Counted from the first letter of the stretch, positions 45,775 through 57,400 are shown. The stretch: DNA of 64,000 bases from Nannocystis pusilla (GCF_049060185.1 NZ_JBMEQO010000002.1), one strand, 5' to 3'. Translations and numbers: made by a program. Notes: a model not told the origin generated them from the letters alone.

Positions 45775-46868
45775 ATGACTTCGCTTCGCTCGCTCCTGCT
45801 CGTGTTGCCGACTCTGGCCCTCGCCTGCTCCCAACCCGACGCCGACACCGACGGCGCCTCGTCGACCTCGACCTCGACCTCGTCGTCCTCGACCACCTCG
45901 CCGACCACCGGCCTGCCCGACCCCACCGAGGAGTCGCCCACGGTCACCGAGGGCACCCCGGCTGCGACGACTTCGTCTACCTCCTGAACGTCAACCCGAT
46001 CGCGGCGGACGAGGCGGTCGACTTCGTGTCGGTCGCCGCGCTCGGCCCCAAGACCGCGCTCGCCCTGACTGCCGACGGTCGTCTGTTCCGCCCCGACGAC
46101 GGCGGCGTGTTCCATCCTCTCGCGCTGCCCGCAGATCCGGCCCTCAAGCGGGTCGAGCTGATCGATGTCAGCAGCTGGATGGTCGTCGGCGACGGCGGCG
46201 TCGCCCACCGCAGCGTCGACGGCGGCGACACCTGGGTCCCCGTCGATCTCGGCGCCGAGGCTGCGCTGCGCGACGTCGTGTTCTTCAACTTCATCGTCGA
46301 TGGCGAGGTCTCGCTGCACGGGGTCGCCGTCGGCGACGGCGTGATCGTGCGCTCCGCCGACGCCGGCGCGACCTGGCAGCCGGTCGCGCTCGATCCCGCC
46401 GCCACCGGCTCGTTCCGCGCCGTCACCGGCAGCCCGCTGGTCGCGGTCGGCGACGGCGGCCTGGCGGTCCACAGCGTCGACGCCGGCCTCACCTGGGCCC
46501 CCGTCGACACCGGCACGACCGAGGACCTCGTGCAGATCGCCGAGGTCTACGACGAGGCCGCCATCGTCACCGCCGCCGGCAACGTCCTGCATCAGGCCGC
46601 CAAGGAGGTTTCATTCTACCCGGCCGATCCTGCGACGCCGGTCCTCGGCCTCGGCCGCGTCAACAGCATCTTCGTCGCCCTGTACGACGACGGCACGCTC
46701 GGCGGGTGGCCCGAGTCCTCCATGCTCGCCGAGCCCACGACCGTCGGCGCCGGCGCTCGCGTGGTCTCCCGCGGCAACACCTCCGGCGCGCTGATCGCCG
46801 GCGAAGGCGGCCTGCTCGCCTTCGTCACGATCACGCCGAAGGAGACCTGCCAGTCGCCGGAGATCTGA
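45775..46868 (+). CDS. Lipoprotein with a Thr/Ser-rich linker and a BNR/Ycf48-like beta-propeller; frameshift near 45980.
   Basis: MTSLRSLLLVLPTLALACSQ lipobox; repeated ...DGG.TW.PVD / ...DAGATWQPV / ...DAGLTWAPV BNR-like motifs. Confidence 0.55.
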
Positions 46869-47116
46869 GCCGCGCCGCAGCGCGGACCGCTGGTCGCGTG
46901 TCCGTTCCGACATGTCCTCTTCGCCAGCCGATCCCCGACTCGCGCCCCTCCGGCCCACCTTCTCGACCTGTCCTTCGAGACATCCTGTGTCCGGTCGCCC
47001 GCCTCGCGTCCACGCCCCGGCTCGCTGCGACGCCGCGCACACCGACGATTCCGGCGGCCTCGCGGCGCCTCCGCGCACGCTGGCGTCGATCCGCGATCAC
47101 CCTCACCTTGCGGGCG

Positions 47117-47836
47117 ATGTCGCCCGCGCTCGCCCTGTTCGTGTCGCTCACGCTCGTCCGGCCGGTCGGGCCCGCGCCCGCGCGCGAGCTGCCGCCGGCG
47201 ATGCCCCTGTCGGGCCTCGGCCTCCTGGTCAGCGCCGGCGTCTCGGGCGGCCTCGGCCTCGCCGCGCACGTGTGGCGGATCGGCATCCTCCGCCGCGGCT
47301 GCAACGGCCCGCAGCACGTCTTCCCCGAGCTGCAGATCACGGTCACCGGCTGCGTCGACGAGTCGCTGCGCTACCTCGGCTTCTCGACCGTGGCCCCGCT
47401 GTTCAACTTCGCCGCGATCGGGCTGGCGGCCGGCGGCGGGACCGTGCGCGGCCGCTTCACCGCGTGGAACCGGGCCCGACACGAGCGCCGCGAAAAGATC
47501 GCCCCGGCCTACCTCGGCGGCGGCGCAGGTCTGCTCGCCCTCGGCCTGGCGATGTACGTCGGCTCGCGCGTGGCCTTGTGGCGCGACAGGTTCGGGGCCG
47601 AGACCTGCCGCCAGCAGGGCCAGCTGACGGTGGACTGCGTCCGCGACCGCTGGAGCGCCTGGCTGGTGCTGACCGCCGCCGGCCAGTCGCTCACCGTCGC
47701 CGGCGCCGGCCTGCTCGCCTACGGCATCTCGTACGCCCGCGCCGTCCGGGTCTCGCGCCTGAGCGAGCTGCGGATCGAGCCGAGCGTGACCCCCGCTTCG
47801 TCGGCCTGTCGCTCGCCGGCCGTTTTAATATTTTAA
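47117..47836 (+). CDS. Hypothetical membrane protein.
   Basis: MSPALALFVSLTLVRPV...LGLLVSAGVSGGLGLAAHVW...AGLLALGLAMYVGSRVALW...WLVLTAAGQSLTVAGAGLLAYGI. Confidence 0.4.
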   Translation: MSPALALFVSLTLVRPVGPAPARELPPAMPLSGLGLLVSAGVSGGLGLAAHVWRIGILRRGCNGPQHVFPELQITVTGCVDESLRYLGFSTVAPLFNFAAIGLAAGGGTVRGRFTAWNRARHERREKIAPAYLGGGAGLLALGLAMYVGSRVALWRDRFGAETCRQQGQLTVDCVRDRWSAWLVLTAAGQSLTVAGAGLLAYGISYARAVRVSRLSELRIEPSVTPASSACRSPAVLIF

Positions 47837-48075
47837 AAACATGTCCTGAAAGGCATGCCCGATCGGACCTGTCACATGTGACATGCCCTCTCGGACATGC
47901 CCCTGCAGACACCCCGGACCGCTCGCCGCCGAGCTCGCGGCGCGTGAAGGCTCGCCGCCCTCGACCTCGCCTCACGAGCCGCGTCTGACCCGTGGCCCGG
48001 CGTCCTTCGTAGCCAGCCCGCGCGCCGGGCTCGCGCGGCCCGGAGCGGCGCTCCGGGCCCGCTTCGGTTCCCCGC

Positions 48076-49568
48076 TCAGCGCCGGCGCCGGCGGCCGAGC
48101 AGCGCCAGCCCGAGCAGCATCAGCCCCGCGCCCTTGGGTGCGCCGGAGCTGTCGGCTACGCAGGCGCAGCCGTCCGACTCGCCGAGGCCCGACGTGTCGC
48201 CGGCCGTCGCCGAGCCGGCCGTCGTGATCGGCCCGCTGCCGCTGTTGTTGCCCTGGGTCGGGTCGGTCCCGGTCGTGGGCGCGCCGTCGGTCGTCTCGCC
48301 GGAGTCGCTGTCGCCGCCCGACTCGCTGTCGCCGTCGGTGGTGTCCGGCGGCGGCGGCGGCGGCGGAGGCGGCGGCTCCTGATTGATGCACAGGGTGATC
48401 GGCTCGGCGAGGCCCTCGTTGCCGACCCAGTCGATCGCCTTCGCCCCGACCTCCCAGCAGCCGGTCGGGAACGCCACGTTGGCGAACTCGTACGGCTCCG
48501 CGATGTCGACCCCGCCGATGTCGTTGCCGTTGATGAGGAGGCGGACCTCCTTCACCCCGCAGCCGCCGGCGTTGTCGGTCGCGCCGATGCTGATCGACGT
48601 CGACACGTTCTCGGCCATGTCGGGCGACATCAGCACCGTCTCGTCGGTCGGCGACAGCACGCTGACCGTCGGGCCCTCCTTGTCGGCCGCCTCGTCGCAG
48701 GCCGCCGAGCCGCAGGTCACGCTCTGGCCGCCGACTTCACCGCCGCCGCAGCCGGTGCCCCAGTCGCCGTTGCCGACGCCCGGGTTGAGCGGGAAGCCCT
48801 TGCACGCCGGCGTCGGGTTCCACGTGCCGTCGGCGTTGTGGCACGGCGTCAGGTCGATGCCGCTCTGCTGCTCGAACCAGTCGATGCCGCGGTGCATCTG
48901 CGAGTACATGCCGCCGGTCCCGCACGCGCCGCCGTACGAGGTGATGCCGAACACGCGCCACGAGCCGTCGGCCAGCTGCACGAACACCGGCCCGCCGGAG
49001 TCGCCCTGGCAGCTGTCCTTGCCGTTGCCGCCGATGTCGACCTCACCGTTGCCGGTGATGTTGTTGATCGTCGTGACGACCTCGCGCTTGACCCCGTACG
49101 GACCGGTGTCGGCGTTGCCGAAGCCGACGATCGTCACCTGCTGGCCGGGCTGCAGGATGTCGGTCTCGCAACCCATCAGGATGGGCACGATGGGGATGTC
49201 GAGCTGCGGCTGCGAGAGCTTGCAAAACGCGAAATCCTGGCCGTTCCCCGGACCGCCCCGGGAAGGTTTGGCGAATTCCGTGGGCACCTGGCGCTTCGGC
49301 CCGTTGATCGACTCGCCGAGGAGCACGCCGTCGTAGCCCGACCCGCAGTGGGCCGCGAAGATGACCACCTCCGGGTGAACCAGCGTTCCGGTGCACTGGC
49401 CGAGCATCGACACCGTCGTCGGCCAGCCGCACGCCACCGTGTCCACGCCGCCGTAGATCTCGGTCGGCTCGACCGGGAAGCCGAGGACATCGGGCGGCTC
49501 GTCGGCTGCGGCCGGGGTGGCGAACGAGAGGGCGACGAAGGCGGCTGAGATGTGCGCTGGGGCCTCAT
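48076..49568 (-). CDS. Trypsin-like (S1) serine protease with a C-terminal MYXO-CTERM sorting domain. The signal peptide is in a shifted frame (indel near 49550).
   Basis: TLVHPEVVIFAAHC (His), GDSGGP (Ser), a PPPPPPPPPPP linker, and a C-terminal ...GESDGCACVADSSGAPKGAGLMLLGLALLGRRRRR (MYXO-CTERM). Confidence 0.7.
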
Positions 49569-49658
49569 CGCCCTACCATGGCACTACGAGCGAGGCCTGA
49601 CCAAGCGGTGGGCCCCTGTGGGTGTGATCGGGCGGTATCGCGCGAGGGTTTCTACTCG

Positions 49659-49692
49659 CCATGGAAACGCACGAAACACAGCGTTTCCATGG
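49659..49692. promoter_or_regulatory. Perfect 12-bp inverted repeat CCATGGAAACGC-N10-GCGTTTCCATGG in the divergent promoter between the S1 protease and pectin-acetylesterase-like genes.
   Basis: Seen in sequence. It shares the TTTCCATGG half-site with the palindrome at 7905..7921. Confidence 0.4.
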
Positions 49693-49746
49693 TCTCGCGA
49701 ACGGCAGGTGAGTTTTGCTACCGTGGACGACCTGAGGAGCGGTGGC

Positions 49747-51056
49747 ATGAAGTTCGAGCAAAGGATGACGCGACACGGGTTCGCGCTCGCGGGTGTTTTG
49801 GCGCTGTTTACGGGCTGCGGCGACGACGGCACCACGGGGAGCGGTACCGCGGTGATCCCGGACACGGACACGTCGACGAGTCCGACCGGGACGACCGCCG
49901 AGCCGACCAGCGGGACCGCCACCGACGCCACGACGGACGCGCCGACCACCACCTCTGGCGACACCACCACCACCGACACCACCACGGGCGGGCCGATCGA
50001 GCCGCCCGCCTACGACAAGTGGATCACGGTCCCGCTCGAGGAGCGGTGTGCGGCAACGGCAGCCAGTACAAGATCTTCGTCAACTGGCACGAGGGCGCCA
50101 AGGACCTGCTGGTGATGCTCGAGCCGGGCGGGGCCTGTTGGGACTTCGACACCTGCTCCGGCAAGGCCGACCTCGGCGCCGCGCACCCCGACGGCGTCCC
50201 CGACGACCTCCTCTTCGACCCGCTGACGAAGAACCTGTCGCCGCTGATGCGCCGCGACGTCGAGGGCCTCACCAAGGACTGGAACCTGGTGTTCATGCCC
50301 TACTGCACCGGCGACGTGCACACGGGCAACAACGTGATCGTCTACCAGGACCCCGAGGGCGTCGAGCCCGACCTCGAGTTCCACCACAACGGTCACAACA
50401 ACGTGATGGCGGCGACCGACTGGATGGCGAACCAGTTCCCGGGCACCGACCGGCTGTTCGTCACCGGCTGCAGCGCGGGTGGGGCCGGCTCGCTCATCAA
50501 CTACCACTTCTTCCGCTCGCGCATCGACGCCCAGCGCGGCTACCTGATGGACGACTCGGGCCCGATCTTCCCGAGCGGCGGCTGGTCCGCCAAGCTGCAC
50601 GAGAAGATCCGCTCCTCGTGGAACGTGGACTCCGTGTTCAGCGAGCTGCCGCCCGGCTACGAGATCGGCGACGACTTCGGCGTGCTCAACACCCACCTCG
50701 CCGCGCTCTACCCCGACGACCGCCTCAGCACCGTGTTCTTCCAGCGCGACTTCAACTACTCGCGCTACTCGTACGAGCGCTTCTACCCGGACATGACGAA
50801 GGAGAAGATCCTCGAGTACTGGGCCGAGGACACCGACCTCATGACCGCGCTGTACGAGCCGCACCCGAACATGGCGTACTACCTGCCCTACTGGCGCGGC
50901 CTCAACGACAGCCACTGCGTGTCGATCATCTCGTACCTCGACACGGAGATCGAGGAGCAGGGCGTCGACCTCGGCGACTTCATCGACACCCTCCTCGACG
51001 ACGACAAGCCGCTCGTCAGCTACCGCGAGAGCGTCCAGCCGGACGAGGACAACTAG
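49747..51056 (+). CDS. Pectin acetylesterase / Notum-like family lipoprotein esterase; frameshift near 50030.
   Basis: MKFEQRMTRHGFALAGVLALFTGCGDD lipobox plus Thr-rich linker; CGNGSQYKIFVNW...LVMLEPGGACWDFDTC...LVFMPYCTGDVHTGN...LFVTGCSAGGAGSLINY. Confidence 0.65.
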
Positions 51057-51152
51057 TGCCGCGGCCGCCGCCCGCCGCGCGCTGGCGAACGCGCGCGCGG
51101 GGCCATTGACTGGCGCCGGGCGGACGCCTACGGTCGGGCCTCGGGAGCCCCT

Positions 51153-51485
51153 ATGGACCTCAGCGGACGTTGGGAATTCAGCTTCGACCGGACCCTCAAC
51201 GGGCAGCTCGCGCCCACGACAGTGCCGTACGAGCTGATCATCATCCAGCTCGACCCCGAGCACTTCGTCGGCCGCTACGTGTTCCCCGCCGACGACCCGA
51301 GCCACTTCCAGGGCACGCTGTACTCGTCGCCGCGCGGGACCCTGTTCTCGATCCGCCAGGTCAACGAGAAGACCGGCTACCACGCGCTCTACGTCGGCAA
51401 GGTCGAGAGCCCGACCAGCCTGTCCGGCATCTTCACCGACATCGCCGGGCCCGCCGGCGACGTCCGGCTGCGCAAGATCCCCTAG
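51153..51485 (+). CDS. Small hypothetical protein (110 aa).
   Basis: Clean ORF MDLSGRWEFSFDRTLNGQLAPTTVPYELIIIQLDPEHFVGRYVF... with GC-typical codon use. Confidence 0.4.
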   Translation: MDLSGRWEFSFDRTLNGQLAPTTVPYELIIIQLDPEHFVGRYVFPADDPSHFQGTLYSSPRGTLFSIRQVNEKTGYHALYVGKVESPTSLSGIFTDIAGPAGDVRLRKIP

Positions 51486-51609
51486 GCCGGGCCGGCGCGG
51501 CGGTCGTGGCTGCGGCGACGTGTCCGTTCGGCAATGGCCGAACGGCCATGTCCCGGAGGACATGACCGTTCGTGGGTGCGGGCGGCGCGCCCTGCTCGGG
51601 CGCCCGCGG

Positions 51610-53868
51610 TCACGGCTTGCGGACGGTCGCGGCCAGCCGGTAGATGAACTGGCCGGCGGCGCCGTTCTGCGAGAACGTCGACGCGCGCACCTGGACGTAG
51701 TAGGTCCCGGCGGCCAGGTTGTGCGCGCCGGTGTGCAGCGGCGCGGAGCCGGTGCCGTCGATCATCGAGCAGAAGCCGCGGCCGCTGTCGTCGTCGTTGG
51801 CGATCTCGACGCCGCCCGCGGTGTACAGGGTCAGGCGCGAGTCGACGCCGTTGCTCTCGCACGTCTCGACGGTGCGGTCGCCCTCGATGACCTCGAGGCG
51901 CAGCGAGCTGCCGGCCACCGGGACGTCGATGCGGTAGTAGTCGGAGTCGGTGTTGACCGCGTGGTCGCCGAACACCAGCAGGTCGGAGCCGTTCTGCAGG
52001 TTGACGTTGGCGGCCGCGAGGGTCTCGTTCGGCTCGGTCTCGGCGCCCGCGTCGGACAGCACCGCGGTCTGGAGGAAGTAGCTGTTGATGACGGCGTTGT
52101 TGCCGTTCTCCTCGAGGTGGATGTAGCTGGTGCCGGCGGGCACCGGGAACACCAGCGCCGAGCAGGTGCTGATGCCCGAGTTGCCGGTGTCGGCGATGAT
52201 CGAGACGTTGTTGCTGTCGAACAGCCGCAGCACCGTGTTGATGCCGGTGCAGTCGTTCAGCGCGCTGAAGCTCTCGAGGCGCAGGAAGCTCGCGGCGGCG
52301 AGGTCGAGGCGGTAGCGGTCGACGTCGGCGACCGGCGTGATCGCGCCGGCGAACAGCGAGTTGCCGGTCGACACGATCCCGGTCCCGTCGGCCTGCGCGT
52401 TGGTGTTGTTGGGCTCGATCTCGGCGGTCGCGCCCTCGACCTTGCAAGCGTCGCTGCAGCCGTCGCCGTTGGCCCCGTTGCCGTCGTCGCACTGCTCGCC
52501 GGGGCCGAGCGCCCCATCGCCGCAAATGACCGGGTCGAGCTGGATGTCGAGCAGGTAGTTGTCGATGACGGTGTTGTCGAGGTAGTCGTACACCCGCACG
52601 TAGACGGTCTCGCCCGGCGCCAGCGGGTAGTTTGTGATGAGCGAGCAGTTGTTGATGCCGCTCTGATCGTCGGTGGCGAGCTGCAGGTTGGCGGCGGTGC
52701 GGATGTCGATCACCGTATCGATGGTGGTGCAGGTGCCCGGGCCCTCGATGCTGAAGGTCTCGAGCCGCAGCGTGGCGTAGCCGTTGCCGGTGTTCTGCAC
52801 CGCGAACACGTCGTCGTCGCCGACCGGCGTGATCTTCGCCTTGATCAGGGTGTCGGCCGTGTACGGGCCGTTGGCGTTGGCGCTGCTGAAGTCGTTGGTG
52901 CTGGTGGCGACCATGCCGTCGTCGTTCGGCTCCGTCTCGTCGACCGCGGTGATGCACGCCGAGAGGTCGAAGCCGCAGTCGGCCGAGCACTTGAGCGTGC
53001 CGAAGTCGGCGCCCTGCGTCTTGCAGGTCGCGCCGCCGAGCAGGGCGCCGTCGCACTCCTCCGCGCCGCTCAGGGCGTTGTCGCCGCAGGTGCTGCAGTT
53101 GCTGGTGTCGAGCGCGCCGCAGTCGGCCGCGCAACCGAGCTCGCCCGATTCGAAGCCCTGGCTGACGCAGTCCTCGCCGCCGACCTCGGTGCCGTCACAC
53201 ACCTCGGTGCCGGAGATGTTGCCGTCGCCGCAGGTGAAACACCCGCCCAGCTCGAACACGCAGGTGTTCTCCATGCACGTCAGGGTGCCGCTCTCGAAGC
53301 CCTGCGACACGCAGTCCTGCCCGGCCAGGTCGTCCCCGTCGCACGACTCTTCGCCCTCGATCGAGCCGTTGCCGCACGAGGCCAGCATGCACCCGCTGAT
53401 GTCGAAGGCGGTGCAGTCGGCCGCGCACGCGAGGGTGCCGCTGTCGAAGCCCTGCGACACGCAGTCCTGATCGGCCAGCGCGGCGCCGTCACACACCTCG
53501 GGGTCCTCGATCACGCCGTCGCCGCAGTTGTCGGCGGCGGTGGTCGTGTCGGTCGTGGCGGTCGTATCGGTCGTGTCGGTCGTCGTCGTCGTCGTCGCGG
53601 TCGTGTCGTCCGTCGTCGACGTGGTGGTCGTCGTGTCGTCGGTCGTCGTGCTGGTCGCGTCGGTCGTGCTCGTCGACGTCGTCGCGTCGGTCGTGGTCGG
53701 CACGCCGGTGGTCGGCGTCTCGCTGGTCGGACCCGGGCTCGTGCTGGTGGAGTCGTCGGTGGTCGAGGTCTCGGAGGTCGACGCGGTGGTGTCGACGGTC
53801 GCATCGTCGCCGCAAGCGGCGAGGGTCGCGAGGGCGACCGAGAGGAGAGGCAGAACAATCCTACGCAT
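51610..53868 (-). CDS. Large (752 aa) lipoprotein: a roughly 90-aa Thr/Asp-rich linker, five or more Myxococcus cysteine-rich repeats, and three pre-peptidase C-terminal (PPC)-like domains.
   Basis: MRRIVLPLLSVALATLAACGDD; repeats CGDGVIEDPEVCDG..., CGNGSIEGEESCDGDD..., CGDGNISGTEVCDG..., CGDNALSGAEECDG..., CGDGALGPGEQCDDGNGANGDGCSDAC; three EPNDT/EPNNT...DVDRYRLDL/SDYYRIDV PPC-like modules. One uninterrupted frame. Confidence 0.7.
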   Translation of the reverse strand: MRRIVLPLLSVALATLAACGDDATVDTTASTSETSTTDDSTSTSPGPTSETPTTGVPTTTDATTSTSTTDATSTTTDDTTTTTSTTDDTTATTTTTTDTTDTTATTDTTTAADNCGDGVIEDPEVCDGAALADQDCVSQGFDSGTLACAADCTAFDISGCMLASCGNGSIEGEESCDGDDLAGQDCVSQGFESGTLTCMENTCVFELGGCFTCGDGNISGTEVCDGTEVGGEDCVSQGFESGELGCAADCGALDTSNCSTCGDNALSGAEECDGALLGGATCKTQGADFGTLKCSADCGFDLSACITAVDETEPNDDGMVATSTNDFSSANANGPYTADTLIKAKITPVGDDDVFAVQNTGNGYATLRLETFSIEGPGTCTTIDTVIDIRTAANLQLATDDQSGINNCSLITNYPLAPGETVYVRVYDYLDNTVIDNYLLDIQLDPVICGDGALGPGEQCDDGNGANGDGCSDACKVEGATAEIEPNNTNAQADGTGIVSTGNSLFAGAITPVADVDRYRLDLAAASFLRLESFSALNDCTGINTVLRLFDSNNVSIIADTGNSGISTCSALVFPVPAGTSYIHLEENGNNAVINSYFLQTAVLSDAGAETEPNETLAAANVNLQNGSDLLVFGDHAVNTDSDYYRIDVPVAGSSLRLEVIEGDRTVETCESNGVDSRLTLYTAGGVEIANDDDSGRGFCSMIDGTGSAPLHTGAHNLAAGTYYVQVRASTFSQNGAAGQFIYRLAATVRKP

Positions 53869-54409
53869 GGGAGCCGGACTCTATGCGCGACGCGTCTCCG
53901 GCGATAGTGCGCCGCGCCGTGCACACTCTGCAGCCGCGGTCGGGCTTGCGGACCTGCAAGGTCTTTGGACCAGGCCCGCTGGACACCCGCACGTGCGACT
54001 CGAACGCACGAGCACTTCTATGGGGATGTCCTTCGAGTCATGCGAATGCAGCGGACCGCCGAGTTCGCCGCGCACGGACCGCCGCAGCCGGCGGCCTGGG
54101 CGGTCGAATGTCTCTCGAGACATCCGATGATTGGCGGCACCCCGTCCGCGCTCGTGGGGCCCGGCGGGCGAACCGCCGGCCTCGCCGAGCGCTCCGCGGC
54201 GTCCAGTCCGCCGGCGGTTGGCGCGCGAGGTGGAGGAAAATATTTCGCGGCGAAAAGGACACATGTTCCGAGAGACATCCGAGGATTGATGCCCCGCCGC
54301 GACTGTCACCATATGTCCCCGGAGACATGCGGGGCAGCACCCCGGAAGAACCCCCGCCGCGGTCCACCCTCGCAGGCCCCCGGCGCCCGCGGAAGGTGGT
54401 GAGGCGAGC

Positions 54410-54850
54410 TTGACAATCGGTCATTCGCGGTCCCACGGCCCGACGGGCTGGCCCCATCGATCCAGCGGTCGGCAGCCACGAGGGCCCGCGGGGCGGCCCC
54501 GTCTCCGCCTATCCAGCGGTCGCGGCCACACGGGCCCGACGGGGCGCCGTCTTTACCTATCCACAGTTCGCAGCCATGCCGGGGTCGACCGGTTGGCCCC
54601 TCTCCTTCCATAAAAGCAGGAGACGACCATACGGACCCGACAAGCCAGGTCGCACCCACGCGGACCGGCCCTCCAACCATAAAAGTCGGTGACGGCCACA
54701 CGGCTCGCAGGGGCCGTCTCCACCCATCCGTCGTTCGCTGCCGACCGGGCCCGTCTCCACCCATCCGAGGAAGTGACAGCCAAGCGCGGGCCCGACGGGG
54801 CGCCACCCATCAAAGTCGGAGTCGGCCACGCGAGCCCCCGGGCAGCCCGA
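54410..54850. repeat. Degenerate tandem array, about 9 units of 45-50 bp (consensus roughly GGCCCGTCTCCACCCATCCAGCGGTCGCNGCCACACGGGCCCGACGGG).
   Basis: All three minus-strand frames give periodic WIGGDGAAP/FMVGGPVRVGA/FLGWVETGPVG-type peptides, which indicates DNA-level rather than coding repetition. Confidence 0.55.
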
Positions 54851-54923
54851 CTCCGACCATCACGGCGAAGTGGCCGACGCCCCCGCCCCTCGCAGCGGGC
54901 CTTGCCCGGTCGGCGCACCGATC

Positions 54924-56563
54924 TCAGGCGCTGCCGGCAGCGCGACCGAGGCGGGCGCGCTGGGCCCGGCCGGTCTCCAGCAGCACCTCGGGGGCGGCGC
55001 CGATGAGGTCGATCGCCAGGGCGGTGAAGTCGGTCGGGGTGACGCGGTCCTGGTGGCGGACGATCGCGGCGAGGACGGCGTCGAGGCAGTCGTCGTCGAC
55101 GCGGATCCGCAGGGCCACCTGGTCGTCGGAGTCCTTGCGCCCGACGGCCAAGCGGATGTGCTCGAGCGGGACGCAAGTGCCGAGAGAGCGCGACAGCTCG
55201 CGGTCGTACAGCCAGTAGCCGGCCTCGAGGTTGGCGTGGGCGCCGAAGTAGCGGCCGATCGCCGGCGGCTCGACGCGGGCGACTCCGCGCATCTGCTGAT
55301 AAAACGCGAACCACTGCCGGGCCTCGCGCCAGTCCTGGCCGTCGAGACAGGCGACGAAGCGGCCGATCCGGTCGAGCTCGCCGAGGTCGGGCTCGGGCGC
55401 CTCGACGTCGACGCCGGCGTCCTCGTCGTCCTCGTCACCGTCGCCGGCCTCGTCGCCGTCGTCGTCCTCGTCGTCCTCGGCCAGCTCGCCGGCGTCGACG
55501 CCGAGCCACTCTGCCAGGGGGCGCGCTGGGTCAGCGCCGGCGCGAGGCCGATGTCGGCCAGCGCGGTGCCGATGTTGGCGTAGCGCCAGGCCGCCGGCGC
55601 GCGCACGAGGCTCACCAGCACCTCGCGCTGGACCTCGCCGAGGACCTCCGCGCCGGCCCCCGCGGGCACGCTCGCGTCGGCGAAGGTGAGCCCGAGCAGC
55701 GCGGTGGCCAGGCCGAGCGCGTCGCGGCCGCGGACCGCCTCGAGGGCGCGCCCGAGCGCGGGGCCAGGCGCAGGCGCGCCGCCGCGGGCAGGCGCAGGAG
55801 CCCGTCGGCGAGCGGGCCGTAGCTCATGCGCGCGGCGTTGTCGTGGAGCTCGTCGAGCTGGCCGAACAGGTCGACGTCCTCGACCAATTCGGCGAGCGCG
55901 GCGAACTGCGGGCCCTCCACGGGCGCGCCGCCGCGCGACAGGCCGAGGCCGGCGTAGAGGCGCACCGCGGGATGCTCGCTGATGTCGACCAGCCGCTCGC
56001 GCAGCTCGTCAGCGCGGGCCGGGTCGGCGATGCAGCCGAGCGCGAACGCTGCCACCGCGCGGACCGCCGGCTCGGAGTCGTCCTCGACGGCCGCGGCGAG
56101 CGGGCGCGGGCCGCCTCGACCGCGAACAGCCCGAGCAAATACGCCGCGGCCACGCGGACCGCCGGCTCGGGGTGACCGAGGCGGCGCGCGTAGACGGAGA
56201 TCCGCGCGACACGGCCTCGCGCGCGGCGGTGGCGGCGTTGTGCGGCGCCTCGGCGTCCTCGTCGGGCGTGCCGGTGGCGAGGTGCGCCAGCAGCTCGAGG
56301 ATCGCGGGCAGATCCTCCTGCGCCTCGGCCTCGAGCAGCTCGACCAGGAACGGCACCGCGGCGGGGCTCGCCGAGTACACCGTGCCCTGGTGCCAGATCG
56401 TCGAGAACAACGCGTCGAGCGCGCCCTCCCGCTTGCCGGGGTGATCGCTGACGAGCGCGCGGATCAGCTTCGGCACGTCGCTCGCCTCTCCGTAGGCGTG
56501 GCGCAGAGACTTCCAGTCGATCGCGTCGAGGTTGACGAGCACCACCGCGACCATACCCTGCAC
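54924..56563 (-). CDS. HEAT/ARM-repeat-like hypothetical protein, heavily fragmented across frames.
   Basis: MQGMVAVVLVNLDAIDWKSLRHAYGEASDVPKLIRALVSDHPGKREGALDALFSTIWHQGTVYSASPAAVPFLVELLEAE...; other frames continue AAYLLGLFAVEAA..., AVRAVAAFALGCIADPARADELRERL..., and the C-terminal ...MRGVARVEPPAIGRYFGAHANLEAGYWLYDRELSRSLGTCVPLEHIRLAVGRKD. Confidence 0.4.
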
Positions 56564-56753
56564 GCCCTGCTTGTCTGCAGCACGCAGCCGGCCGCGATCG
56601 GCCCTTGGCGGGCTTTTGAACGTCGTTAACCGCAGATGCGTTCGCCTGCGCGCCCGCCGCGGCGCACGGTGATCGGCGTCACCGTTTGCACTGCCTGCGG
56701 CTGCAGCGGCCCGCGTCGCCGGGCCCGGCGCGGGGTGCTACTGTGGCCCCGCC

Positions 56754-57400
56754 ATGCAGCACCGCGCTCGCTCCTCGCTCCTCGCCTGCGGCCTCCTCTC
56801 CGCCGCGCTGACCGCAGGCGCCTGCGCCTCGTCACCCGACATCATCTCCTTCCCGCTGGTCTATTCGCCGAGCGAGAAGGCCGACCCGTCGAAGGTCGCG
56901 GGGCTGGCGGCGGTCCCCCGGGCACCCTCATCTTCATCGCCCAGATCGTCGACAAGCGGCAGGTGACCGATCCGCACCTGCTCGGGGTCAGCGAGGACGC
57001 CAACCCCGACCTGCCGGTCTACAACGCCGCCGGCGGCCAGGTCCCGACCGAGTACGTCCGCAACGTGTTCGCCAAGGAGCTCTCCGCGCTCGGCTTCCCG
57101 GTCACCGCCGATCCGCAGGCCGCCACGCACACCCTGCAGCTGCAGCTCGACCAGTTCTGGATCGTCGAGGGCAACACCTACCAGGCCGCGCTGATGGCCC
57201 AGGGCTGGCTCATCGACCGCAACAGCACGACGCTGTGGCAGGGCCCGATCGCCGGCAAGAGCAGCCGCTGGGGCCGCAGCCAGGAGGAGAACAACTTCCT
57301 GCAGGCGTTCGGCGACGCCACCCTCGACGGCTCGGTCAAGCTGGCCCAGACCCCCGAGTTCCGCAACGCCCTGGCGGCCCAACCCCGCCGCAGCAGTGAC
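56754..57400 (+). CDS. Hypothetical lipoprotein; frameshift near 56915.
   Basis: MQHRARSSLLACGLLSAALTAGACASS lipobox; continues in frame of ORF 56636 (TLIFIAQIVDKRQVTDPHLLGVSEDANPDLPVYNAAGGQVPTEYVRNVFAKELSALGFPV...). Confidence 0.45.

Noticed and set aside
54306-54829. ORFs 54306..54806 and 54557..54829 with repetitive WIGGDGAAP / FMVGGPV peptides.
   Set aside because: All three frames show the same periodic pattern, which indicates a DNA-level tandem repeat rather than a repetitive protein.
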